From assembly GCA_964452755.1 (NCBI GenBank), contig CAYVQY010000008.1:34578-98577 (forward strand): a DNA stretch of 64,000 bases. The letters are read 5' to 3'. The stretch's first letter is position 1, and each line of letters opens with the position of its first letter. Below, piece by piece: positions 51,422 to 60,232 of the stretch. Below the pieces are notes generated by a model that was not told the origin of the DNA, did not search any database, and saw only the letters and a list, made by a program, of their open reading frames with translations. The DNA is from an uncultured Brevifollis sp. (GTDB lineage: Bacteria > Verrucomicrobiota > Verrucomicrobiia > Verrucomicrobiales > Verrucomicrobiaceae). The position numbers were made by a program, and so were the translations under genes.

Positions 51422-53623
51422 ATGAACGAGAGCGGTAATGAACTGCAAAAGCACGCCATGGACACCTGGCAGGTGGTCAAGAACCGGCTCGGTCTCATCA
51501 CGCTGTGCTTCATCCTCATTTTCGCCGCTTCCGCCATCCTGACCTACATCATGCCGCGGAAGTATCGCGGTCATGTGGAGATGACGATCGAGCGAATCAC
51601 CCAGGACATCACCGTGTTCGATCGCAATCGCGTGGACAGCATGGCCCACACACAGGAGTACATTAAAACGCAGTTCGAAACGATCACGAAGCCTACCACG
51701 CTCTATCCGGTGGTGGAAACGCTCGAACTGATGAAGCGCTGGGAACTGCCGTCCCGGCAGGCGGCTCTCGCCAAGCTCCGCGGGAATCTCGACACCCAGT
51801 CCATGCTGCGCTCCGACTTTGTCAGCATCGACTTCTACGACCAGGATCCTCAGCTCGCCGCCGACGTGGCCAATGAGGTCGCCAAGAGTTACATGGCGCA
51901 GCGCAACAGCATCGAGACCGAAAAGAAGCAGAAGGCTCTCACGGTGCTCCAGCAGCAGATTTCCGATCAGGAGGAACTCCGCAGGCAGGCCCAGGTCCGC
52001 TCGCAGGAGGCCAAGCGCAAGGCGGGCATCGTGGGCGACTGGATCGTCGGCGGCGGCAGTTCCCTGAATCCCGGCGGCGAGATGCGCAGTGAAAAAGACT
52101 CAATGGTCATTTCCCGGGAGCAGGCACTGCTGATGGCCGATCAGGACATCCTCGCGCTTGAGGCGGAGATTGACCAGATCGGAAAGCTCACGGCCGAAGA
52201 GCTCATCGCCCGCGCTTCGGGCCTGAAACTCGACAACCAGGCCCTCATCGGCCAGACCGCCAAATATCAGGACCTCCTCGTTCAACGCGAAGGGATGATG
52301 AACGCCGGCATGGGCAGGAGGCATCCGAACGTCGAGAGCCTCACCAGCCAGATCGACACCCTCAAGCTTCAGATTGACGCCGATGCCAAGGCTCATGTCC
52401 AGGGGCTTCAGGGCCGCCTCGACAGCGCCCGCAAGATGCGCGAATCCCTGCAGACCTACAACGATGACGCCAAGCAGGAGCTGATGAACATGCAGTCGCT
52501 CTACAACGAGTACAAGACCGCCAAGGACGAGGTCACCTACTTGGAGGAACTGCTGGTCAAAATGCGCTCGCGTTTCTTCGAGGAAAAAGCCGGCATCGAG
52601 CTCGTGAAGTCTCCCGCCACCATCTACGCTGAAGCGGAGCCGGAAACCAAGCCCGCCAAGCCCAACGTGCCGCTGCACCTCGCCCTGGGCGGCGTGCTGG
52701 GTTTGATGTTCGGTCTCGGTCTTGCGTTCTTCCTAGAGTACATGGACACCACCGTGAAGAGCCTCGACGACGTCGAGCAGTACCTGGGTGTTCCCGTTCT
52801 GGCCATCGTTCCGAAGGGGGTCGGCGTGCTCCACCGCGCCAGCGGCTTCAGCCCGGATGCGGAGGCCTACCGCATCCTGCGGACGAACATCGAATTCAAC
52901 CGACGCTCTCCGGATGCAAACTGCATCAGCGTCGTCAGCGGCGGTGCGGGGGAGGGGAAGTCCACCACGATGGTCAACCTCGCCTATGTCTGCGCGCAGG
53001 GCGGCTACAACGTGCTGCTCATCGACGCCGACCTGCGCCGCCCCAGCCAGCACAAGCACTTTGACGTCAGCCACACCGTTGGCCTCACAAACTACCTCAC
53101 CACGGACATCCAGATCGAGGATGTCGTCGTTCGGACGCAGGTCGAAAATCTCTACTTCCTCCCCAGCGGGCTCCTGCCTGCGGACAGTGCGGGTCTGCTG
53201 AACTCGCAGCGCATGGTCGATCTCATCGCTGACGTGAAGAGCCGTTTCGACCTGGTGCTGATCGATTCGCCACCCATCCTCGGCGTCAGCGACGCGTCCG
53301 TGCTCGCCAACGAGGCCGACATGTCCATCATTGTCGTTCAGCACCGCAAGCTGCCGCGTCACATGCTCCTGCGGGTGAAGCAGACCGTCGAGAATGTCGG
53401 CGGAAAGGTGGTTGGGGTCGTGTTGAACAACGTCGATCTCACCACGGACGTGCAGTATCAATACTACACGAGCTATTACACCTACTACACGCCCACAAAT
53501 TCTTCCTCGGACGGGGCGGGTGGAAAGAAGTCCCGCCGTCGCAGGATCAAGACGGAAACCGACGCCCCCGTGTTTGCCGGCGCCCGCCCCGCCAGTCCTG
53601 TCGGCGGCGACGATCTTTTTTGA
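51422..53623 (+). CDS. wzc: Polysaccharide co-polymerase/tyrosine autokinase (Wzc-like)
   Basis: Two TM segments flanking a coiled coil; AEAYR.LRTN, GAGEGKST, IDADLRRP, IDSPP; C-terminal Tyr cluster YQYYTSYYTYY. Confidence 0.9.
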   Translation: MNESGNELQKHAMDTWQVVKNRLGLITLCFILIFAASAILTYIMPRKYRGHVEMTIERITQDITVFDRNRVDSMAHTQEYIKTQFETITKPTTLYPVVETLELMKRWELPSRQAALAKLRGNLDTQSMLRSDFVSIDFYDQDPQLAADVANEVAKSYMAQRNSIETEKKQKALTVLQQQISDQEELRRQAQVRSQEAKRKAGIVGDWIVGGGSSLNPGGEMRSEKDSMVISREQALLMADQDILALEAEIDQIGKLTAEELIARASGLKLDNQALIGQTAKYQDLLVQREGMMNAGMGRRHPNVESLTSQIDTLKLQIDADAKAHVQGLQGRLDSARKMRESLQTYNDDAKQELMNMQSLYNEYKTAKDEVTYLEELLVKMRSRFFEEKAGIELVKSPATIYAEAEPETKPAKPNVPLHLALGGVLGLMFGLGLAFFLEYMDTTVKSLDDVEQYLGVPVLAIVPKGVGVLHRASGFSPDAEAYRILRTNIEFNRRSPDANCISVVSGGAGEGKSTTMVNLAYVCAQGGYNVLLIDADLRRPSQHKHFDVSHTVGLTNYLTTDIQIEDVVVRTQVENLYFLPSGLLPADSAGLLNSQRMVDLIADVKSRFDLVLIDSPPILGVSDASVLANEADMSIIVVQHRKLPRHMLLRVKQTVENVGGKVVGVVLNNVDLTTDVQYQYYTSYYTYYTPTNSSSDGAGGKKSRRRRIKTETDAPVFAGARPASPVGGDDLF

Positions 53624-53641
53624 AACAACCGCCTCACGCTT

Positions 53642-54208
53642 ATGAACCTTCGAAAAATCCTCCTCGCACTTTTTGTGCTCAGCCTTTTCGGCCCCGCCCA
53701 GGCTCAGAACGGCGAACTGGCTCTCAAGCCCAATGACCGCATCACGCTTTCCATCGGCGGTATTCCGGACAGCGAAGTGGCCCAGATCAACAAGGTTTAC
53801 ACCGTCAGCGATGCCGGGACGATCAATCTGCTCTTCATCGGCGAAGTGCGGGCGGCGGGCCTGAAGCCCTCAATGCTGCAGCGCAGCATCGAGCAGACCT
53901 ATGTCTCGCGGGAGATCTACACGCGGCCCACGGTCACTGTCTCCATCGACGGCGCCGGCGGGGGCACGGAACGCTGGGTTTACATCGTCAGCGGGTGCAA
54001 CAAGAACGGTCCCGTCGCCTACAGTTCCAGTCTGAGCATTCTTAAAGCCGTCGCCGCCGCCGGAGGCTTCAGCCCGTTCGCCAAACCCAGCCGAACCAAG
54101 CTCATCCGCAACGGCACCACCAGCGAGATCAACCTCAAGGACATCAGCGCCAATCCTTCGCGCGATATCCAACTGCAGCCCGAGGATCAGATCATCGTGC
54201 CGGAGTAG
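53642..54208 (+). CDS. Short polysaccharide export protein (Wza-like, Poly_export plus SLBB)
   Basis: L.P.D.I.L, V...G.I.L..IGEV.AAG, A.AAAGGF, L.P.D.I.VPE. Confidence 0.85.
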   Translation: MNLRKILLALFVLSLFGPAQAQNGELALKPNDRITLSIGGIPDSEVAQINKVYTVSDAGTINLLFIGEVRAAGLKPSMLQRSIEQTYVSREIYTRPTVTVSIDGAGGGTERWVYIVSGCNKNGPVAYSSSLSILKAVAAAGGFSPFAKPSRTKLIRNGTTSEINLKDISANPSRDIQLQPEDQIIVPE

Positions 54209-54229
54209 GTCGCGTGCAGCGTCTGCAGG

Positions 54230-57200
54230 CTACTTCGGCGGAGCCGGGACGAACTTCGCCGCCCGCTCCAGCGCGGTTCGGTCGTTCGGGCGGAAGCGCA
54301 GGTATTCGCGTGCGGCGGCGGGGGAGCCCTGTTCTTTCAGCGAGGCGAGGTAGTCCGGGAAGCTCTGGTCGTCGAAGGGCGAAAGCGGGCGCGTGTCAGG
54401 CGGCGTGGTCAGCCAGCGCGCCCAGCGCACGGCGATATCCTCCCCGGAGCCGGGTTCCGTCGGAATCGCGGCAGCGGCGGCGGCAAAGTCCGCCGGGCTG
54501 AGTGTCTCAATGCGACCGTCCTCGGTGATCCGGCGACGCGCCAGAGCTTCGGCGAATTGCAGGAACCACTCCGGCAGGACGGTGTCCTTGGGCGGCATAG
54601 GTGCGCTGAAGAAGGCATGCTCGGAGACGCGGAAGACCACTTTGGAGGCGTCTTCGGACACGCGGGCGACCACGACGCCCTCCTGCTCGTTGCTCTTCCG
54701 CGGCGTGTCGCGGATGCCCGGGGTGAGGCAGTCGCCCGTGCGGAAATTCCAGACCCGCATTTCTCCCACGTCGGTGATGGTGACGAGCCGCTGATCATCG
54801 GGACTGAGTGCGATGACTGACACGAAAGAATCGTGGCGCATGCTGACGGTGTTCTTGCGGGTCGCGAGGTCCCAGACGCGCACCTCGCGGTCACGACCGG
54901 AGGTGATGAGGAATTTTTCATCCATCGTCAGCGTCACCGCGCCGACGGCCGGCCTGTGGATGATGGGATCGCCGACCGGCTTCAGCGTTTTCGCGTCATA
55001 GACGAAGACCGTGCCGTCGGGATCGGCGGCGGCATACAGCGACTTCTGGAGATTGGCGCCGCCGGCCTCAGACCTGCGCAGTTGATCGGGTGAATTTTCG
55101 GGGCCTTCGATGCGGGTGATGAGGTTCTTGTCCAGCACATCGACGAAGCGCCGGGTGCTCATGCGCTCGTGGATGTTCCAGACCTGAATGGTGGGCATGC
55201 CGGGCGATGCAAAAATGATGCGCGAGCCGTCCCGGGAAAACTTGGCGTCTCTGATGGTGAGTTTGAGCCGTGTGGTCAGCAGTGCCCCGGTGTCGTTGTC
55301 GAAGACGCTCACTTCCCCCTGCCTCGAAACGCTGGCGATCAGGCTGGTGTCGGCAGCAGGCGTGGCCTTGAGGATGTCCCCGGCATGCTGGCGCATGGGA
55401 TGGCGCGGTTTCCCGTCGCCGACATTCCAGACGTGGACGGCTCCGCCCGCGTCGCCGACCACGATGGAACCGCCGTCGGCCGTGAAGGCGAGCGAGGTTA
55501 CCGATGATGGATGCGAGATCGGCGGCAGCACCTCGCCGCCGTTGCGGAAGTTGCCGACGAAGACGAGGCCGTCGTTCATGCCCAGGGCGATGAGTTCCTG
55601 CCTCGGTTCAATGGCGACGTGCAGCAAGCCTTTGTCCACCTCGATGGGATCGCCCACGGCCATGCCGTTGCGCAGGTCCCATGTGGTCGCACTGCCGTCG
55701 GCTCCCGTGGGATTGATGGGATCGCCGCTGTAGATGGAGGCGGCAAAGACGCCCTCGTGGTCCACGACGAGCTCACCGACGGTGCCCTTTTGCTTCATGA
55801 TCCGGGGTTCGTCCTGCGGATGGCGCAGATCCCAGGCGTGGATGCCGGCCATGCCGTCAATGCCGATCTCACTGCCTGCAACCAGCTTCTCCCCGTTGCC
55901 GGAGAATGCGATGCAGGTGACCATGCTTGGCAGGCTTGGCTGGAGGTTGCGGCGTTTTCCATCTTTGAGCGACCAAAGCTCAACGTTCGCGTCATCCCGT
56001 CCGATGACGGCGCTCTGACCGTCCGGCGTGACTTCCAGGCAGGTGACCTGGACGCCCGGCGGCAGCGGATGGTCCGTGCGTTTGCCGGTCTTCAGGTTCC
56101 AAAGGCAGACGACCTCGCGATTCGGTGCCCGATCCTGCCCCGGGGTGGCTGAGGCCTTCGCGGGGAGGCGGCAGGCGGCCAGGGCAAACTCCTCCGTGTG
56201 GCTGATGGCGACCTTGGTGGCCAGTCCGCCTTCAGGCAGCGGCAGCGGATCCACATCAGGACGAATGAGGTGCGTGTTGGCCAGCAGCGACAGCAGGTTC
56301 GTGGTGGCGATGTCGTTGGCCGGGTCCGTGCGCAGCGCGCGTGCGAGGTAGGCGACCCCCTCCGCAGACTGGCTGTTCTCCATGCGCTGGCGTGCCATCT
56401 GCTCGTCGGAGCGGCTGTAGGCCTTGCGCAGGTTCTCCCGGCCCAGCTCGGCCGCGATTCGGTTGCGCTCGGCTTTGAAATACATCGCCGTGCTGGTGAT
56501 GCCGCCGGCGATGACCGCGAATGCGACCGCCGCCGCGGCAGCAACGCCCACGCGGTGACGCCGCACAAAGCGCGAGATGAGGTAGCCGCGGCTCGGCGGG
56601 CGGGCTACGATGGGCTCGTAGTCGAGAAAGCGCTTCAGATCGTTGGCCAGCTCGTCGGCGCTGGCGTAGCGGCGGTTCGGATCACGCTCCAGGGCCTTCA
56701 GCGCGATCCAGTCGATGTCACCCTTGATCGAGGGTTCGATCGTGGATGGCTTCGGCGCGTCTTTTTCCGCGATCTCCCGCAGGAGGATGTGGATGGGCTT
56801 CTGTGCGATGTCCGAAGGCGTCACCAGCGGCTTGCCGCAGACGAGTTCAAAAAGGATGGCGCCGAGGGCGTACACGTCCGAGCGCGTGTCCATGTGGGCG
56901 CTGCCGTGCTCGATCTGCTCGGGGCTGATGTAGCCCGGCGTGCCGACGAGCTGGTCCACGCCGGTGGCGATGGTGTGCCCGGAGCCTTCGCCCTCCAGGA
57001 CTTTTGCAATGCCGAAGTCGATGACCTTCGGCACCGCCTTGCCGTCCTCGTCCGTGACCATGACGTTTCCGGGCTTCAAGTCGCGGTGGATGATCCCCTT
57101 TTGATGGGCGTGGTGTACGGCCTGGCAGACGGGGATGAAAAGCGCCATGCGCTGCCGCATGTCGTAGTCGTTCTGCTTGCAGTAGGAGGTGATCGACCGG

Positions 57201-57934
57201 CCCTTGACCAGTTCCATCGCAAAGAAGGGCGCGCCCATGTCCGTCTCGCCGGCGTCGAGCACCTTGGCGATGTTCGGGTGCTCCATGATGGCGAGCGTCT
57301 GCTTCTCGATGGCGAAGCGTCCGAGGATGTCGGAGGAGGTGACGCCGGCTTTGAGCAGCTTGATGGCGACGAGGCGGTGCAGCGGCTTCACCTGCTCCGC
57401 ACGGTAAACGAGGCCGAAGCCGCCTTCGCCGAGCTTGTCCAGCAGGCGGTAGCGGTCGCCGATCCAGCCGTCGTTCCCGGTCAGCGACTCCAAGTGGGAC
57501 TTTGGCTTGGTCTGGCCCATGCTTGTCATGGAAGACGCCGTGGCCGCCGGCAGTCCGCCGTGGCTGTGCAGGGTCGCCGCGCCGGGCAGGGTGCCCGGCT
57601 GCTTGCCGGTGGGAATGGCGATGGTGGCATCCTCGGGCCCGAGTGTCATCGCACCCGTTGGATGACCGCTCCCACCCATGGTCCCGGCGGATCCTCCCAT
57701 CGTGGCGGCAGGCAATGACTGGCCTTTGGTGGGAATGGCGATCGTGACGTCCTCAGGACCGAGAGTGACCATTCCCGTCGGGCTGTCCGCGGCGGGCGGC
57801 TGGGCAGGCGGTCCTTTTTTCAGGTTGGGAATCGCGATGGTGGCGTCTTCCGGTCCGAGGGTGAAGGCTCCCGTGTCGGAGCCGGGCCGGGAGTCTTCTG
57901 AGGGAGGGGGAGGGGTGGCCGGATCAGGTTTCAC
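54230..57934 (-). CDS. Hanks-type Ser/Thr protein kinase with WD40 repeats
   Basis: LGEGGFG.VY, VAIK, HRDLKP.N, DFG, GTPGYISPEQ, SDVYALG; one hydrophobic helix; repeated ..WD/WN blades. GTG start. Confidence 0.93.
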   Translation of the reverse strand: MKPDPATPPPPSEDSRPGSDTGAFTLGPEDATIAIPNLKKGPPAQPPAADSPTGMVTLGPEDVTIAIPTKGQSLPAATMGGSAGTMGGSGHPTGAMTLGPEDATIAIPTGKQPGTLPGAATLHSHGGLPAATASSMTSMGQTKPKSHLESLTGNDGWIGDRYRLLDKLGEGGFGLVYRAEQVKPLHRLVAIKLLKAGVTSSDILGRFAIEKQTLAIMEHPNIAKVLDAGETDMGAPFFAMELVKGRSITSYCKQNDYDMRQRMALFIPVCQAVHHAHQKGIIHRDLKPGNVMVTDEDGKAVPKVIDFGIAKVLEGEGSGHTIATGVDQLVGTPGYISPEQIEHGSAHMDTRSDVYALGAILFELVCGKPLVTPSDIAQKPIHILLREIAEKDAPKPSTIEPSIKGDIDWIALKALERDPNRRYASADELANDLKRFLDYEPIVARPPSRGYLISRFVRRHRVGVAAAAAVAFAVIAGGITSTAMYFKAERNRIAAELGRENLRKAYSRSDEQMARQRMENSQSAEGVAYLARALRTDPANDIATTNLLSLLANTHLIRPDVDPLPLPEGGLATKVAISHTEEFALAACRLPAKASATPGQDRAPNREVVCLWNLKTGKRTDHPLPPGVQVTCLEVTPDGQSAVIGRDDANVELWSLKDGKRRNLQPSLPSMVTCIAFSGNGEKLVAGSEIGIDGMAGIHAWDLRHPQDEPRIMKQKGTVGELVVDHEGVFAASIYSGDPINPTGADGSATTWDLRNGMAVGDPIEVDKGLLHVAIEPRQELIALGMNDGLVFVGNFRNGGEVLPPISHPSSVTSLAFTADGGSIVVGDAGGAVHVWNVGDGKPRHPMRQHAGDILKATPAADTSLIASVSRQGEVSVFDNDTGALLTTRLKLTIRDAKFSRDGSRIIFASPGMPTIQVWNIHERMSTRRFVDVLDKNLITRIEGPENSPDQLRRSEAGGANLQKSLYAAADPDGTVFVYDAKTLKPVGDPIIHRPAVGAVTLTMDEKFLITSGRDREVRVWDLATRKNTVSMRHDSFVSVIALSPDDQRLVTITDVGEMRVWNFRTGDCLTPGIRDTPRKSNEQEGVVVARVSEDASKVVFRVSEHAFFSAPMPPKDTVLPEWFLQFAEALARRRITEDGRIETLSPADFAAAAAAIPTEPGSGEDIAVRWARWLTTPPDTRPLSPFDDQSFPDYLASLKEQGSPAAAREYLRFRPNDRTALERAAKFVPAPPK

Positions 57935-58030
57935 AGTCGGATGCAGGTGGAATATTCCCGCAATGTTTCAGAGATCGGACGAATGGGCAAGCTTTGCTGC
58001 GGTGAACACGGGTGCCTGCCGCCGCCTGCT

Positions 58031-58678
58031 TCATGGGGGGAGCCGCCTGCGGTAGCCTTCCACCTTGCTGAGAAAAGCCTGCCATTTCGGCCCCAGCCGT
58101 CCCTGGTCGAGGAGAAAATGCGGGCATTTCTTGTGGCCGAGGTCGCGGCGGTCGTCATGGCGGATCATGCGCCAGTGCATGTGCGGCACCACGTGCGACA
58201 GCGGGATCCCGTGCTCCCGCATCAGCCAGGCGACGAGACGGGCCGTGCGGTCGATCGTCCGCTCGCGGTCGTTGCCGCGATTTTCGCACATCTCGATGCC
58301 GATGGAGCTGCGGTTGCCCGGGCCGTCGTAGTCGGCGTGCTCACCACGCTCGTTCGTCGGCAGGCTCTGATAGGTGGAGTGGTCGTCCACGGTGAAATGC
58401 CACGCCACATAGCCGATCGTATTGTGGCGGCCCTTCAAGGCGCCTCTCTTCAGCATCTGAGCATGCGAGTAGGAACCGGCACCCCGGGAGCGGTTCTCCG
58501 TCGCGTGGATCGTGATGTACCTCGGCGTCATGGGCCGGTGGTAGCTGCGGGCGTAGCGGCCCTTGGGAACGAGATCCACGGTCACGCCGGGCGGAGTGCG
58601 CTGGGAGACGAACGATGCGCAGGACCCCAGGAGCAGGATCAGCAGCCCCCCGAGGGCGATTGGGTGGAATTTCATCAT
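58031..58678 (-). CDS. N-acetylmuramoyl-L-alanine amidase (Amidase_2), lipoprotein
   Basis: Lipobox LLGSC; ITIHAT, WHFTVDD, HA..DG.GN..SIGIE, VVPH..W, K.CP. Confidence 0.9.
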   Translation of the reverse strand: MMKFHPIALGGLLILLLGSCASFVSQRTPPGVTVDLVPKGRYARSYHRPMTPRYITIHATENRSRGAGSYSHAQMLKRGALKGRHNTIGYVAWHFTVDDHSTYQSLPTNERGEHADYDGPGNRSSIGIEMCENRGNDRERTIDRTARLVAWLMREHGIPLSHVVPHMHWRMIRHDDRRDLGHKKCPHFLLDQGRLGPKWQAFLSKVEGYRRRLPP

Positions 58679-58919
58679 CGGTGGCTAAAGCAGATTTGAT
58701 GACAACATGGGGCCGAATGGGGATCGCGCAGGCGGTCTTTTCCGGCATTTTTCGTGACTCGTTGGTTTTCAACGCGCTGGAATGGGGCCGAAATAATTCT
58801 GATTTTTTGGCGCCCAGACGGTCATTTTGACGCCGAGAAAATTATTTGCCCGTGGAACCCTTGAATATGGGGCGAGAAACAAATTTCGGCACAATGGCTG
58901 GGAGAAAATTCTCGCCATC

Positions 58920-58968
58920 CCACAATATCTTGTGCATGATTGGCCTTCGGAGCCGCTATATCTAGTAT
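58920..58968 (+). promoter_or_regulatory. Tandem NrdR boxes
   Basis: CCACAATATCTTGTGC (58920-58935) and CCGCTATATCTAGTAT (58953-58968) match the acaCwAtATaTwGtg consensus, start 33 bp apart and lie upstream of nrdB. Confidence 0.85.
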
Positions 58969-59045
58969 TTATAGTGATGGCTGGCTTCTCTCCTGCTTTC
59001 CCGGTAACTCAATCAATTCACCTCTCACTCTGTCACGAAATCGCC

Positions 59046-60128
59046 ATGGAAAAAATGTACAAGATCGGCAACCGCGAGTTCCCCCTGGACCACGACAAAG
59101 CTGAAGCCGCTTTTGCAGACAAGAAGGTCATCAATGGCCGCAAGAGCATGACCTTCAATCTGCTCCCCTTGAAGTATCAGTGGGCCTATGACCTTTACCG
59201 CATCATGAAGGCCAACCACTGGGAGCCGGAAGACATCCAGATGCAGAAGGACGTCGAGCAGTGGCGCTCGCACGAAATCACCCAGAACGAGCGCTGGATC
59301 ATCATGATGGGCATCGGCTACTTTTCCGCCGCCGAAGGCATCGTCGGGGACAACATCCAGCACGTCGTGCGCGAGCTGGTCACCGCACCGGAACTGAAGC
59401 TCGTCCTCGGCCGTCATGCGCACGAGGAAAACATCCACGCCGACTCCCTGCTGTACATGATTTCCTCCCTCGGCATCAATCCGCACGAATGCGAGGCCAT
59501 GTTCGAGCAGATCCCCACGATCGTGAAGAAGAACGAGTTCGTCACCCGCACGTCGCAAAACATGCGTCGCGACCTCGACCTCACGAAGCTGGAGAACAAG
59601 CAGTTGCTGGCCAAGAACATCTTCATTTTTGGCCAGTGCATGGAGGGCACCCAGTTCTACGGCCTCTTCGGCATGATCCTCAGCCTCTACCGCCAGAACA
59701 AGTTCCCCGGCATCGGCCAGATGTTCCGCTACACCCTGCGTGACGAGTCGAACCACATCGAAGTCTTCCGCAATCTGTTCATGGACCTCGTCGAGGAGAA
59801 CCCTGATCTCTGGACGCCCGAATTCCGTGAAGAGCTCGTCGGCATCATGCGCGAGGCCATCCGTCTTGAGAAGGAATTCATCCGTGACTGCCTCCCCGTG
59901 AACGCCGTAGGCCTCAGCGCCGCCGAGTTCGAGCAGTACATCGACTTCATCGCCGACCGCCGCCTCGCCGGCTGTGGTCTGGCCGCCCTGAACCCCGGCG
60001 TCACCAATCCGCTGCCCTGGCTGGCGGAGATGATGGACGTCCGCAAGGAGCAGAACTTCTTCGAAGGCAAGGTCACCGACTACCAGAAAGCCTCCGCCCT
60101 CGTGCAAAGCTCCGACGACGACCTGTAA
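59046..60128 (+). CDS. nrdB: Ribonucleotide reductase small subunit, class Ic-like
   Basis: KYQWA, NHW.P, SAAEGIV, EENIH, EG..FY, RDESNH, NFFE.KV.DY. Start at MEKMYK. Confidence 0.93.
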   Translation: MEKMYKIGNREFPLDHDKAEAAFADKKVINGRKSMTFNLLPLKYQWAYDLYRIMKANHWEPEDIQMQKDVEQWRSHEITQNERWIIMMGIGYFSAAEGIVGDNIQHVVRELVTAPELKLVLGRHAHEENIHADSLLYMISSLGINPHECEAMFEQIPTIVKKNEFVTRTSQNMRRDLDLTKLENKQLLAKNIFIFGQCMEGTQFYGLFGMILSLYRQNKFPGIGQMFRYTLRDESNHIEVFRNLFMDLVEENPDLWTPEFREELVGIMREAIRLEKEFIRDCLPVNAVGLSAAEFEQYIDFIADRRLAGCGLAALNPGVTNPLPWLAEMMDVRKEQNFFEGKVTDYQKASALVQSSDDDL

Positions 60129-60144
60129 TTGCAGCCTCCCTCAT

Positions 60145-60176
60145 ATCTCGCCGGAGTGATCCGGCGGTGATTTTTT
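60145..60176 (+). terminator. Terminator-like hairpin between nrdB and nrdA
   Basis: CGCCGGA-GTGA-TCCGGCG stem with a GNRA loop, followed by GTGATTTTTT. Confidence 0.55.
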
Positions 60177-60232
60177 ATCTCCTGAATTCCCTCGCTCCTG
60201 TTAATCAACCTCACCGCTCCCCTCCGCCCGTC

